From positions 1,462-65,461 of the forward strand of contig DUEX01000002.1 in assembly GCA_011170325.1 (NCBI GenBank): a stretch of 64,000 nt of DNA. Direction: 5' to 3'. The notes under the pieces are model-generated. The model ran no database searches. It was not told where the DNA came from and saw only the letters and a list, made by a program, of their open reading frames with translations. The stretch comes from Dehalococcoidia bacterium (GTDB taxonomy: Bacteria; Chloroflexota; Dehalococcoidia; GIF9; UBA5629). The position numbers were made by a program, and so were the translations under genes. Positions 14,504 to 24,218 of the stretch are shown here, piece after piece; within the stretch, counting starts at the first letter, position 1, and the number at the start of each line of letters is the position of its first letter.

Positions 14504-15058
14504 TTGGGGACTTATATCAACTACATTATCTACACAGCCCTTATGTGCTACATGGCTTACTGGGTGGTCTCAGTTGCCAAAAAGCGCATTACCTACGAAA
14601 TCTACGAGGTCTGCGGCTTAGCTTGCTTCTTCTCAATTCTGTTTCTAAGTGGCTGGCAACCAGGCCCAGGTATTTTGCCGTTAAGAGTCGTTGGCTTGAT
14701 ACTCTATATTCCAGCGATTTTCTTTGTAGTCTCAGCCTTCATCACCCTCGGAAGAAAAGGTAAGCCAAAAGATGCTTGGGAGCAGACAACCATCGTAATC
14801 GATAGCTGGGTGTTTCGAATCGTCCGTCACCCTCTATACTTAGGAACCACCATCTGGGCAGTCGGCGTCATGCTGGTGTTTCAATCAATTCTTTCTATCG
14901 TATTGGGCATAGCCACAATCTTCTGCTGCTGGATGGCATCCAAAAAAGAAGAGCAGCATAATCTCCACAAATTCGGCGAAGAATATAAGAAATATCTGGA
15001 AAAGGTGCCGATGTGGAATTCCATCAAAGGAGTTTGGAATCTGAGAAAAGGTGAATGA
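14504..15058 (+). CDS. Isoprenylcysteine carboxyl methyltransferase / phospholipid methyltransferase-family membrane methyltransferase.
   Basis: 184 aa with 4-5 TM segments. VRHPLYLG (RHPxY) and C-terminal E...Y..Y motifs of the ICMT/PEMT family. Confidence 0.6.
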   Translation: MGTYINYIIYTALMCYMAYWVVSVAKKRITYEIYEVCGLACFFSILFLSGWQPGPGILPLRVVGLILYIPAIFFVVSAFITLGRKGKPKDAWEQTTIVIDSWVFRIVRHPLYLGTTIWAVGVMLVFQSILSIVLGIATIFCCWMASKKEEQHNLHKFGEEYKKYLEKVPMWNSIKGVWNLRKGE

Positions 15059-15265
15059 CCAAGATATCAATTTAATTGCCTACAGTGGTCTGGGCTGCAG
15101 CCAGTGCTTCGGCTATACCAGAACGATTGGCGAAACCGCCAAGGTAAAGACTTGGAGGAATGTAACGTGCAAAGCTTTAGGGCTAGCGTGGGGAAAGTGA
15201 CCTTAGAGGGTCAATGCCCCAAGAATTAAGAGTAACTTGGAATACTTCAAGAAGGGGACGACAAA

Positions 15266-15790
15266 ATGGCCAAACCAAAACTCTATGAACAGGGCTTGGA
15301 GGAATATCCCAGGTCAAGCACCATAATAGGCAACATCGCCATGGCAGCCTGGATTGCACTGGGAACAATCGGCTGCTGGTTCCTGAGCCCGGTGGGTGCC
15401 TGGATTTTCCTCGCCTTCGCCGTAATCATGGTAGGCGTTGCCCTGCGCAAACTGGTATGCACCAATTGTTATTATTACGACAGGTGGTGCAGCATCGGCT
15501 GGGGCAAGCTCTCAGCCTTGATGTTCCCCAAAGGTGATGAAGACAAATTCAGCACCAGCCTAGGGCAAAAAATTGCCCCGATAACCTACGGGATTCTGAC
15601 CGTGATACCTATCGTTTTCCTGGTCACCTCAATGTTCGATAGCAGCCGACTCCTCATCCCGAAGATTATTGTGTTGGTCCTTCTCCTTGCCGTATCGTTC
15701 TATAGCGGCACATCCGGCCGGAAGAAAGGCTGCTCCAATTGCAAGATGAGGCTGGTCTGCGGCGGCAGCGCAGTCAAGGAAAGTGAATAA
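15266..15790 (+). CDS. Membrane protein with two CxxC...C metal-binding-like motifs.
   Basis: 174 aa with ~4 TM segments. CTNCYYYDRWC and CSNCKMRLVCGG. Overlaps the next gene by 8 nt. Confidence 0.45.
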   Translation: MAKPKLYEQGLEEYPRSSTIIGNIAMAAWIALGTIGCWFLSPVGAWIFLAFAVIMVGVALRKLVCTNCYYYDRWCSIGWGKLSALMFPKGDEDKFSTSLGQKIAPITYGILTVIPIVFLVTSMFDSSRLLIPKIIVLVLLLAVSFYSGTSGRKKGCSNCKMRLVCGGSAVKESE

Positions 15791-16787
15791 AATCATTGAA
15801 GGATTTGTCCACCGCCCCGGCGTCCACTGTGATTCCTCAGCCTTGAGGGATATCTTTGAATACCATGGCTTCAAGTTCACCGAACCGATGATTTTTGGCT
15901 TGGGCAGCGGTCTGGGCTTCACCTACTGGCGATCAAAGCGGATGCCCTTTCCCTTCGTTGGCGGCAGGAGCCGAGACCTCCATAGAGGCCTATGTCTTAA
16001 CCTCAGCATCACCCTAAGAGTTAACCAAACGACGAGCCGAGCCAGAGCCTACCGGACGCTCAAGGAACTCATATCGCAGGATATACCAGTAAATGCTCAT
16101 GTTGACATGGTCTACCTGAAATACCAGAATCTCCCGCCCGAAGCCCATTTTGGCGCCCACTCAGTGGTAGTTGCTGGGATAGACGAAGACAAGAAAATCG
16201 CCTATCTAGCTGACACAGATTTTGACACCTTGCAGGTTGTCTCCCTAAAAGAGCTGGAAGAGGCCAGAGCCTCCAGGTTCAAGCCCTTCCCGGCACAGAA
16301 CCGGTGGTTCACCTTCGAGTTTCCCCGAAAGCTGACTCCACTCCCCCAAGCCATCATCACTGCTATCAGCGCCACTGCCAGCAACATGCTGAACCAGTCA
16401 ATAAAGAATCTAGGTGTTAAAGGCATTCGCCACTTCGCCTCGGAGATTATCAACTGGCCCAAAGAATACCCGCCGCAGGAGTTCGCCTGGGCATATGAAA
16501 TGACCTATACCATGCTGGAGGAGGATGGCACTGGCGGTGGCGGCTTCCGCTATCTTTACTCCAGCTTCTTGAAAGAAGCTGGCGAAACGCTTGGAGACAA
16601 ACAGCCTGCCAGCCTCTCGGGCGGATATCATCGAGTCGGCGAGAGATGGACACAGGTAGCCCGCTTAATCAAACTCATCCCCCAGAACGGCGCAGCGCAA
16701 GTTGATGAGATTAAGACCTTGCTCCTCGAAATTGCCGATGAAGAGGAATATATCCTGAATAAGCTGGCGGGGCTGGTGAAAATTTAA
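15783..16787 (+). CDS. BtrH_N-like (papain-like fold) / DUF4872-like protein.
   Basis: 334 aa. N-terminal HRPGVHCDSSALRDIFEYHG with a conserved Cys/His arrangement reminiscent of BtrH N-domain proteins. Assignment from memory only. Confidence 0.4.
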   Translation: MNKIIEGFVHRPGVHCDSSALRDIFEYHGFKFTEPMIFGLGSGLGFTYWRSKRMPFPFVGGRSRDLHRGLCLNLSITLRVNQTTSRARAYRTLKELISQDIPVNAHVDMVYLKYQNLPPEAHFGAHSVVVAGIDEDKKIAYLADTDFDTLQVVSLKELEEARASRFKPFPAQNRWFTFEFPRKLTPLPQAIITAISATASNMLNQSIKNLGVKGIRHFASEIINWPKEYPPQEFAWAYEMTYTMLEEDGTGGGGFRYLYSSFLKEAGETLGDKQPASLSGGYHRVGERWTQVARLIKLIPQNGAAQVDEIKTLLLEIADEEEYILNKLAGLVKI

Positions 16788-16900
16788 AGAGTCTCACATC
16801 ACCCTCGCTATCATCGGCAAGGAGGAAGATAGAGCTAGGAGCTTGCTGAAAGGTTAGACAGCAAATCTGATAGGATATATAGATATAAGGAGGTGTTCAC

Positions 16901-17419
16901 ATGACGCCACAGAAATCAACTTCTAGAAAAAAGCCGCAGATACTTGAAATGCCATCGCAGAAGATGGCTGTCGTCTATATGAAGGGCGATCCCAACAAGG
17001 TAATGTCCCAATTCATGCCGGCGCTTCACGGCTCGGTCTACAAGTTAAAGTTCGAACTGAAAAAGAAAGGCATTGAATTTAAAGTCAGCGGACTTCGGGC
17101 ACGCTGGCCTAATGCCCACCTTGTCCCCAAGGACGAATGGCTCGGCATCTGTAGCTTGCCCATTCCTGAAGAGGCAACTTCTATCCCCCAGAAGGTGCCT
17201 GCCATCGAGGTCAAGATCGAGCAGTGGGACTACGGCACAGTAGCTCAAATACTCCACATCGGGCCTTACAGTGAAGAACAACCTACGGTTGAGCGGTTAC
17301 ACAAATTCATCGAAGACAGTGGCTACGAGATAGCCGGCGTTCACGAAGAGGAATACCTTACATCACCCCAAGCCAAGGTTCAGAAGACCATAATCCGATA
17401 CCCTGTTAAGAAGAAATAG
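16901..17419 (+). CDS. GyrI-like small-molecule-binding domain protein (putative).
   Basis: 172 aa soluble protein. Overall pattern resembles the GyrI-like/AraC effector-binding fold. Weak call. GGAGGTG RBS. Confidence 0.35.
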   Translation: MTPQKSTSRKKPQILEMPSQKMAVVYMKGDPNKVMSQFMPALHGSVYKLKFELKKKGIEFKVSGLRARWPNAHLVPKDEWLGICSLPIPEEATSIPQKVPAIEVKIEQWDYGTVAQILHIGPYSEEQPTVERLHKFIEDSGYEIAGVHEEEYLTSPQAKVQKTIIRYPVKKK

Positions 17420-17456
17420 GTGCCGTGCCTAACCAATAAAGAATCTAAGAAATCCG

Positions 17457-18227
17457 CTATTTTTGGTGAGTTTCCTTTTTTAGCTTATCCAGCCAATCTG
17501 TTGATTTGACTTGTCGCTCTAGAAGATACCTGATGTATTCCCGCATTACTTGCTCCAGCTCCAAGGACAGCTCTGAATTTGTGTTTACTCGATTGGCGGT
17601 GGCGTAGTCGCAATTCTGCCATAAACGCAGGACTTTTAAAGCGTTTAAAGACAGGGAACGGGCTATTGGCTCCTGGTAGCCACACTCATGACAAAGGACA
17701 CCACCCTGGCCCGAGCTGAACAAGTTAGTCACTGGCTGGAGAGGCGAACCACAACTGGCACACCGCTGTAGCTGGGGGCGATATCCGAGATGGTCGAGGA
17801 GATGAAGCTCAAAGTAGCGAAGGGCAAGCTCGCCATTCTTGGCCTGAGACAACTGATGCAGAGTTTCAAGTAGTAGGTTAAAGAGGCGACGATTTTCAAT
17901 ACGTTCAGCAGTAAAAGAGTCAACAAGTTCTGAGACATAGAGACCACAGGAAATACGCTCCAAGTCATCCTTTAGAGGCGAGAAGCTGTTAATGGTCTGG
18001 GCTTGAGTGATGATATCAAGGTTGCGGCCTCGCGCTAGCATTAATAAGCTATGGGTAAGGAGCTCCACATGACCGCCTAACTTGCTCTTCGGACGCCGTG
18101 TTCCCTTGGCTACCGCCTTTAATTTGCCTAGGTCAGGTGTATAAAGGGTTAGGATTCTATCGGCTTCACCCAGCTTGGTTCGCTTGATGATAATAGCTTC
18201 TGTTTGGTAAACCCGAGGCACTGTCAT
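17457..18227 (-). CDS. recO: DNA repair protein RecO.
   Basis: 256 aa. N-terminal OB region VYQTEAIIIKRTKLGEADRILTLYTPDLGK. C-terminal Zn motif CASCGS...CHECG. Confidence 0.85.
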   Translation of the reverse strand: MTVPRVYQTEAIIIKRTKLGEADRILTLYTPDLGKLKAVAKGTRRPKSKLGGHVELLTHSLLMLARGRNLDIITQAQTINSFSPLKDDLERISCGLYVSELVDSFTAERIENRRLFNLLLETLHQLSQAKNGELALRYFELHLLDHLGYRPQLQRCASCGSPLQPVTNLFSSGQGGVLCHECGYQEPIARSLSLNALKVLRLWQNCDYATANRVNTNSELSLELEQVMREYIRYLLERQVKSTDWLDKLKKETHQK

Positions 18228-18240
18228 GGTCTACTTCTGG

Positions 18241-18852
18241 TCACATTTCCTGCCTTCCTTCCAAGGCACGGCTAAGGGTAACGTCATCAGCATATTCCAG
18301 GTCGCCACCAAAGGGCAAACCACGAGCCAACCGGGTGACTCGAATATCTAAAGGGGCAATTAGGCGCTGAAGATACATAGCGGTAGCTTCTCCTTCCAGA
18401 TTAGGATTGGTTGCTAGTATAACCTCAGTCACCAAACCACCATCGAGGCGAGATAGAAGCTCTTTAATTTTCAGCTCCTCAGGTCCTATCCCATCAGCTG
18501 GGGCAATAACGCCATGAAGCACATGGTAAAGGCCAGCATGCTTTCTGGTTCGTTCCAAAGGAAGAATATCTATGGGCTCTTCAACTACGCAAATCTTGCT
18601 AGGGTCGCGCTCTCCATCGCGGCAGATAATGCAAGGGTCAGAATCAGTGATATTAAGACAAATAGAACACAAGCTCAATTTTTCCTTTATTGCCGTGATA
18701 GCTTCAGCTAACGCTTCAGCTTTCTCTGCAGGTGCCTGCAGCAAATGGTAGGCTAACCGTTGGGCACTCTTTGGCCCAATGCCAGGTAATTTATTGAATT
18801 CTTCAATTAATCTAGCTATCGGCTCAGCAGCAGGCATAAAATCAATACTCAA
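18241..18852 (-). CDS. recR: Recombination protein RecR.
   Basis: 203 aa. Hh[20 protein letters not shown]4 zinc finger [16 protein letters not shown]. Toprim domain. Confidence 0.95.
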   Translation of the reverse strand: MSIDFMPAAEPIARLIEEFNKLPGIGPKSAQRLAYHLLQAPAEKAEALAEAITAIKEKLSLCSICLNITDSDPCIICRDGERDPSKICVVEEPIDILPLERTRKHAGLYHVLHGVIAPADGIGPEELKIKELLSRLDGGLVTEVILATNPNLEGEATAMYLQRLIAPLDIRVTRLARGLPFGGDLEYADDVTLSRALEGRQEM

Positions 18853-18864
18853 AGGTTCAGCCTC

Positions 18865-19167
18865 CTATAGCCCTGGAATTTTGAGTTCACCGGTTAGGCT
18901 GCTCAGGTGGCTGGCAGCAAGTTCCTGGGACTTTTGAATAGCTTCGTTTATTGCTGCCATGACCAGGTCCTCCAGGAGCTCAGCGTCTTCGGCATCGATC
19001 ACCTCCGGTGATATATTCACTGAGTGAACCCTCTGCTGACCGTCGATCACTATCTTGATTGCTCCGCCCCCCGAACTTACTTCAGTGGTCATGTCGCCTA
19101 GCTCTTGCTGAGCCTTAGCTAGTTTAGCCTGTAATTCTTTCGCCTGACGAAAGGCAAATTTATTCAT
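18865..19167 (-). CDS. ybaB: YbaB/EbfC nucleoid-associated protein.
   Basis: 100 aa. Located between dnaX and recR as in most bacteria. Coiled-coil N-terminus and conserved central region. Confidence 0.9.
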   Translation of the reverse strand: MNKFAFRQAKELQAKLAKAQQELGDMTTEVSSGGGAIKIVIDGQQRVHSVNISPEVIDAEDAELLEDLVMAAINEAIQKSQELAASHLSSLTGELKIPGL

Positions 19168-20777
19168 TTCTCCTCCATTTCAGATTCCTCATCAATAATC
19201 TTGGCTCCCATCTCCAGGGCAGCTTTCACCAAAGGGATATCCATTTCTGGTTTGGTTTGAGCCTCTTTGCCACGGCTGGTAAGAACACAGCGTACCTGAT
19301 AGGGTTGTCCAAAAACTTCTCGCAACTTCCTTTCCACCAAATGCTTATACTTGGGGTCTTCAATCTTCTCTTTGTGAAAACTGTAATAAAAACCTAGTAT
19401 TAATGTGCCATCTTCAATGCCCAGAGGTTCACAGGCACTCCGCAAAAAGGCATCTAAATTGCCGCTGGAGCCTTCCCCATGCAGAGCCTGAATGAACTCT
19501 TTCCATCGACTACGTAAGTAATCAATATCCTGAGGAGATTTCATGCTTGGAGCTTCAGCAATTTTCGCCGGTATCGGAGTTTGAGGCTCTGGAAGAGGCT
19601 CAGTTGGCTCAACGGAAAGGCTAGCCACCTCAGCTAGTTCTCTAGGCTCAGCCGGTTCCGGATGAGCTAACTGCTCCTCGCTTACAGACAAGATACATTC
19701 CACCAAGGCTAATTCTAAGGGCAACGGGGAATAATTGTCTAAGCGAAGGTCTACTCCACCAAATAGCCTAACTGCTGTCACCAAGTAATCGAGGCCAATA
19801 CTGGCTGCCAGAGTCTTCATCTCGATCAAGTCCTCGCTAGTAGCATCTACCACCTCTTCAGAGCCAGACTTGACTAAAAGCAACTCTCGGATGTAATCCA
19901 CCATTTCCCGATTGAATTGACGAAGGTCAAGTCCATCACTATTAACACTGCTAATAGTCTTAATCCCGGCGGGAATGTTTTTATCGATAATATGTTTAGC
20001 TAGCTCTCTAACCCGCAGGTCACCACTAATACCTAACATTGCCTGTACTTGGTGAAGCTCAATTTGATGGCCATAATAGGCGACTAGCTGTTCCAATAAG
20101 TTTTCAGCATCACGAAGGCTACCGGTAGTCACCTTGGCAATGAGCCTCAAGGCTTCAGGTTCGATGTGGATATTTTCTTTGTCACAGATAAGATTAAGCT
20201 TCGAAATCACTGCTGATTGAGACAGACGATGAAAATCAAAGCGCTGGCAGCGTGATAGGATAGTTGGCAGAACTTTGTGCGGCTCTGTAGTTGCCAGAAC
20301 AAAGATGGCATGAGGAGGTGGCTCCTCCAAAGTCTTAAGAAAGGCATTAGAAGCCTCCTTAGTTATCATGTGGACTTCGTCTATGATGTAGACCTTATAG
20401 CGAGCAAGATTTGGGGCGTAGTTAACTTTTTCCCTCAGGTCACGAATTTCATCAATGCCTCGATTGCTAGCTGCATCTATCTCTATTATATCTAAAGCAC
20501 TGCCCTCGTTAATTGCCCGACACATATCACAGTTATTGCACGGTTCACCTTGCACTGGGTTGAGACAATTCACTGCCTTAGCCAAGATGCGTCCGGTACT
20601 AGTCTTCCCAGTGCCTCGTGGACCGCAGAAAAGGTAAGCATGAGCTACTCGCCCACTGTCCACAGCATGGCTCAATGTCTGAGTAACATGCTCTTGCCCC
20701 ACCACTTCAGACAAGGTCTGGGGGCGCCACTTGCGGTAGAAAACTTGAGAGGTCATGCCACTTTTATTATACTCCAT
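19164..20777 (-). CDS. dnaX: DNA polymerase III subunit gamma/tau.
   Basis: 537 aa. Walker A GPRGTGKTS. Zn module CNNCDMC. Walker B/DEAD-like IIDEVHM. SRC sensor motif. Confidence 0.9.
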   Translation of the reverse strand: MEYNKSGMTSQVFYRKWRPQTLSEVVGQEHVTQTLSHAVDSGRVAHAYLFCGPRGTGKTSTGRILAKAVNCLNPVQGEPCNNCDMCRAINEGSALDIIEIDAASNRGIDEIRDLREKVNYAPNLARYKVYIIDEVHMITKEASNAFLKTLEEPPPHAIFVLATTEPHKVLPTILSRCQRFDFHRLSQSAVISKLNLICDKENIHIEPEALRLIAKVTTGSLRDAENLLEQLVAYYGHQIELHQVQAMLGISGDLRVRELAKHIIDKNIPAGIKTISSVNSDGLDLRQFNREMVDYIRELLLVKSGSEEVVDATSEDLIEMKTLAASIGLDYLVTAVRLFGGVDLRLDNYSPLPLELALVECILSVSEEQLAHPEPAEPRELAEVASLSVEPTEPLPEPQTPIPAKIAEAPSMKSPQDIDYLRSRWKEFIQALHGEGSSGNLDAFLRSACEPLGIEDGTLILGFYYSFHKEKIEDPKYKHLVERKLREVFGQPYQVRCVLTSRGKEAQTKPEMDIPLVKAALEMGAKIIDEESEMEEK

Positions 20778-20800
20778 GTGCGCTGATTGCTGAAGAGTCT

Positions 20801-20829
20801 GTGCAATGATTTTACGCCTGTGTTATAAT
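20801..20829 (+). promoter_or_regulatory. Extended -10 promoter (TGTTATAAT) upstream of rpsO.
   Basis: TGnTATAAT at 20821-20829 with a weak -35 17 nt upstream. Lies ~35 nt before the rpsO start. Confidence 0.35.
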
Positions 20830-20862
20830 TCTGCGTTGTAGAAGATTATAAGGAGCATAAAT

Positions 20863-21126
20863 TTGGATAAAGAAAATAAGGCAGCTATCATTTCTGATTT
20901 TAGAATTCATGAAGGTGATACTGGCTCTGCCGAGGTCCAGGTAGCATTGCTTACCGAGAGGATAAACCAGTTAGCTGAGCATTTGAAATTGCATCCCCAT
21001 GACCATCATTCTCGTCGTGGGCTTCTAAAGCTAATAGGACAGCGAAGACGCTTGCTAGCTTATGTTAGCAAGAGTGATGTCAAGCGTTATCGTAGTCTTA
21101 TTACCAAGTTAGGCTTACGGAAGTAA
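20863..21126 (+). CDS. rpsO: 30S ribosomal protein S15.
   Basis: 87 aa. [17 protein letters not shown]...[28 protein letters not shown] signature. Confidence 0.92.
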   Translation: MDKENKAAIISDFRIHEGDTGSAEVQVALLTERINQLAEHLKLHPHDHHSRRGLLKLIGQRRRLLAYVSKSDVKRYRSLITKLGLRK

Positions 21127-21139
21127 GTAAAGAAGGTTT

Positions 21140-23353
21140 ATGATTATGTCTCAGTCTGGCGAATGCACAATTGGAGGCAGATTACTAACTATTGAGACGG
21201 GCAAGTTAGCTAAACAAGCTCACAGTGCCGTCACGGTTCGCTATGGTGATACTGTAGTTTTGGTCACTGCTTGTATCAGCGATGAGCCCGGCGAAGAAGC
21301 TGATTTCGTCCACCTAACAGTGGACTATGAGGAAAGGCACTATGCTGTCGGTAAAATTCCTGGTAGCTTTATCAGGCGAGAGAGTCGTCCCAGTGAACTG
21401 GCGACTTTAACTGGTCGGCTAACTGACCGCTCTATGCGCCCGCTTTTCTCTAAAAGTTTACACAATGACATTCAGGTTGTGGCTACTGTTCTTTCCACTG
21501 ACCAAGAAAATACCCCTGATATTCTAGCGGTTATTGGCACTTCGGCCGCCTTAACCCTTTCTGACATCCCCTTTGATGGACCAGTAGCTGCAGTGCACAT
21601 CGGCTACCTCAACGACAGCTTAGTGTTAAACCCAACTTTATCCCAGATAAACGACAGCCTGATCGATGTTATTATCGCCAGCACTAAGGACGCTATAGTG
21701 ATGGTAGAGGCAGAAGCCAAGGAAGCTTCCGAGGAGCTCATCCTAGAGGCAATCAAACTCGGACATGAGGCAAACCAAGAAATCATAAAGCTCCAGGAAG
21801 GTCTGCAGCAAGCTTCTGGCCAGCCCAAGATAGAGGTCGAGACTGCTGAAGTCAACCCCGAATTACTAGCTGCCGTGTCCTCAGACTTTAGGGATAAGCT
21901 GACTCAATCCATTAGCCAAACGGACCGATCCGAGCGGGAAAAGGCAATAGCATCAGTTAAACAAGAGGTCACCGAGAAACTGAAGGATGCTTTCCCTAAG
22001 ACTGATGTTATTGCAGCCCTTGAAGACCAGTTAAGGAAAATAGCTAGGAAAAATATACTGGACAAAAAGCTGCACCTCGATGGTCGCCAGGTCAAGGAGA
22101 TCCGTCCTATCAGCAGTGAGGTTGGTCTCCTACCCCGTACCCATGGGTCAGGGCTCTTCACTAGAGGACAAACTCAGGTGTTAACTACAACTACCCTTGG
22201 CTCTTTGGGTCAAGAGCAACTCCTTGATGGCTTAGGGCTGGAAGACACTAAGCGTTTTATGCACCACTATAATTTCCCTCCTTTCTCTACCGGCGAAGTA
22301 AAGCGCCTAGGAACGCCGGGCCGACGGGAAATCGGGCATGGCGCCTTAGCAGAAAGAGCCATTGCCCCGGTAATACCTAAAGAAGAGGATTTCTCTTATA
22401 CTATACGCTTGGTTTCGGAAGTCCTTAGTTCTAATGGCAGCACTTCTATGGCTAGTGTTTGTAGCTCAAGTCTATCTTTAATGGATGCTGGTGTACCTAT
22501 TAAAGCTCCAGTAGTTGGAATAGCTATGGGGCTAGTTACCGGGGAAGATAATAATTATGTCATTCTCACTGATATCGAGGGCACGGAGGATGCCTACGGC
22601 GATATGGACTTTAAAGTCGCTGGCACCAGCCAAGGAATCACTGCTATTCAATTGGACATTAAGCTCCCAGGCATAAGTTATCAAATTTTGGCCGAGGCTT
22701 TAAAGCAAGCTCGTGAAGCCCATTCGGAAATACTTGACAAGTTGAGACAGACTATCAGTTCTAGTCGTCCTGAGCTTAGCCACTATGCTCCAAGGATGCA
22801 TAGGATAACTATTGACCCAAGCAAGATTGGTACTGTAATCGGTCCTGGAGGCAAAACTATTCGATCCATAATTGAGGAGACTAAAGCGACCGTAGATGTT
22901 GAAAATGATGGGACAGTGACTATCGGCTCATCCAGCGAGGAAGCAGCTCAGAAAGCAATTGAATTGGTAGAGAGCTTAACCCGAGAAGTAGAAGTTGGTG
23001 GTATTTATACTGGAAAGGTAACTCGTTTAACGAGCTTTGGCGCCTTTGTAGAGGTTCTACCCGGTAAAGAAGGGCTGGTTCATATAAGTGAGCTGGCTGA
23101 TTACCATGTGTCTAAGGTTGAAGATGTTGTTAAGGTAGGCGATGAGATTACGGTTAAAGTTACTGAAATTGACCGCCTCGGTAGAGTGAATCTATCACGG
23201 CGGGCAGTTTTTGGAGACTTGTCTCGAGTCCGAGGGGCTAGAGTGATGGATTCCACCTCAGCAGGCCGCCCTCCCCAAAAGCAACCAAGACCTCGTCCCA
23301 TTATTCACCAGCGTAGTAGCAGAGATAGCCGACATCGCTATTACAATAAATAG
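21140..23353 (+). CDS. pnp: Polyribonucleotide nucleotidyltransferase (PNPase) with basic C-terminal tail.
   Basis: 737 aa. Two RNase PH domains, KH (GPGGKTIRSI) and S1 domains. Downstream of rpsO as usual. Confidence 0.95.
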   Translation: MIMSQSGECTIGGRLLTIETGKLAKQAHSAVTVRYGDTVVLVTACISDEPGEEADFVHLTVDYEERHYAVGKIPGSFIRRESRPSELATLTGRLTDRSMRPLFSKSLHNDIQVVATVLSTDQENTPDILAVIGTSAALTLSDIPFDGPVAAVHIGYLNDSLVLNPTLSQINDSLIDVIIASTKDAIVMVEAEAKEASEELILEAIKLGHEANQEIIKLQEGLQQASGQPKIEVETAEVNPELLAAVSSDFRDKLTQSISQTDRSEREKAIASVKQEVTEKLKDAFPKTDVIAALEDQLRKIARKNILDKKLHLDGRQVKEIRPISSEVGLLPRTHGSGLFTRGQTQVLTTTTLGSLGQEQLLDGLGLEDTKRFMHHYNFPPFSTGEVKRLGTPGRREIGHGALAERAIAPVIPKEEDFSYTIRLVSEVLSSNGSTSMASVCSSSLSLMDAGVPIKAPVVGIAMGLVTGEDNNYVILTDIEGTEDAYGDMDFKVAGTSQGITAIQLDIKLPGISYQILAEALKQAREAHSEILDKLRQTISSSRPELSHYAPRMHRITIDPSKIGTVIGPGGKTIRSIIEETKATVDVENDGTVTIGSSSEEAAQKAIELVESLTREVEVGGIYTGKVTRLTSFGAFVEVLPGKEGLVHISELADYHVSKVEDVVKVGDEITVKVTEIDRLGRVNLSRRAVFGDLSRVRGARVMDSTSAGRPPQKQPRPRPIIHQRSSRDSRHRYYNK

Positions 23354-23369
23354 GTATTAAAGAAGCCTT

Positions 23370-24218
23370 TTGCCTTTATTAGGCTTCAAGGACAAAGGGA
23401 TGAAACCAATAACGGTAGTAGTTCATGGGGCTTTAGGAAAGATGGGAAGGGAAGTCACGGCTGCCATATGTCGAGACCCAGACCTAGATATGGTTGGCGC
23501 TGTAGACATCCAAGCTATTCAGGAACATCTTGCTTTGCCCAATACTTCTAGAAGGGTGCCTCTTTCTTCCAATTTGAATTCGCTTCTCCAAAATTGCCAT
23601 CCTCAAGTATTAGTAGATTTCACGATTGCCGAAGCTTCTATGTCAGCAGCTCGCATTGCCACTAAACAAGGTGTTAACCTGGTTATCGGTACTACAGGGC
23701 TTTCAGATGACAACATCAGGGAGATTGACCAACTGTCTAAAGCTAACAAGGTGGGTGCAGTAGTAGCTCCTAACTTTGCTTTGGGGGCAGCAGTTCTGCT
23801 TCATCTTGCCACGACTGCGGCCAGGTTCTTTGACCACGCTGAGATTATTGAATTGCATCATCATGAGAAAGCTGATGCTCCCTCAGGCACTGCACTAGCT
23901 ACTGCTAGAGCTATGCTGCAATCACGAGGCAAACCTTTCATTTATTCACCAACTAAAAAGGAAAACCTCAGTGGCAGCCGAGGTGGACAAATTGACGGCG
24001 TAGCTATCCATAGCATAAGATTACCTGGGCTTATGGCTAGCCAAGAGGTTATCCTTGGTGCACCGGGACAAACATTAAGCCTACGCCATAATATCATAAA
24101 CCGGGAATGTTACATGCCGGGTGTTATTCTAGCTATAAAAGAAGTAGTAAAGCGCCAAGGGTTAGTTTACAGTCTAGATTCTTTGTTGAATTTGGGGAGG
24201 GACGATGAAGGCGTATAA
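23370..24218 (+). CDS. dapB: 4-hydroxy-tetrahydrodipicolinate reductase.
   Basis: Rossmann GALGKMGREV and DapB core motifs (ELHHHEKADAPSGTA). The true start is probably MKPITVVVHG at ~23400. Confidence 0.85.
   Translation: MPLLGFKDKGMKPITVVVHGALGKMGREVTAAICRDPDLDMVGAVDIQAIQEHLALPNTSRRVPLSSNLNSLLQNCHPQVLVDFTIAEASMSAARIATKQGVNLVIGTTGLSDDNIREIDQLSKANKVGAVVAPNFALGAAVLLHLATTAARFFDHAEIIELHHHEKADAPSGTALATARAMLQSRGKPFIYSPTKKENLSGSRGGQIDGVAIHSIRLPGLMASQEVILGAPGQTLSLRHNIINRECYMPGVILAIKEVVKRQGLVYSLDSLLNLGRDDEGV

Noticed and set aside
19164-20777. Programmed -1 frameshift site (A AAA AAG-type) in dnaX.
   Set aside because: No A-rich heptamer slippery site was seen in the gene on its coding strand.
23363-23386. 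Hairpin AAGCCT...AGGCTT after pnp as a terminator.
   Set aside because: It has a 12-nt loop and no following T-tract. dapB follows within ~46 nt and is probably co-transcribed.
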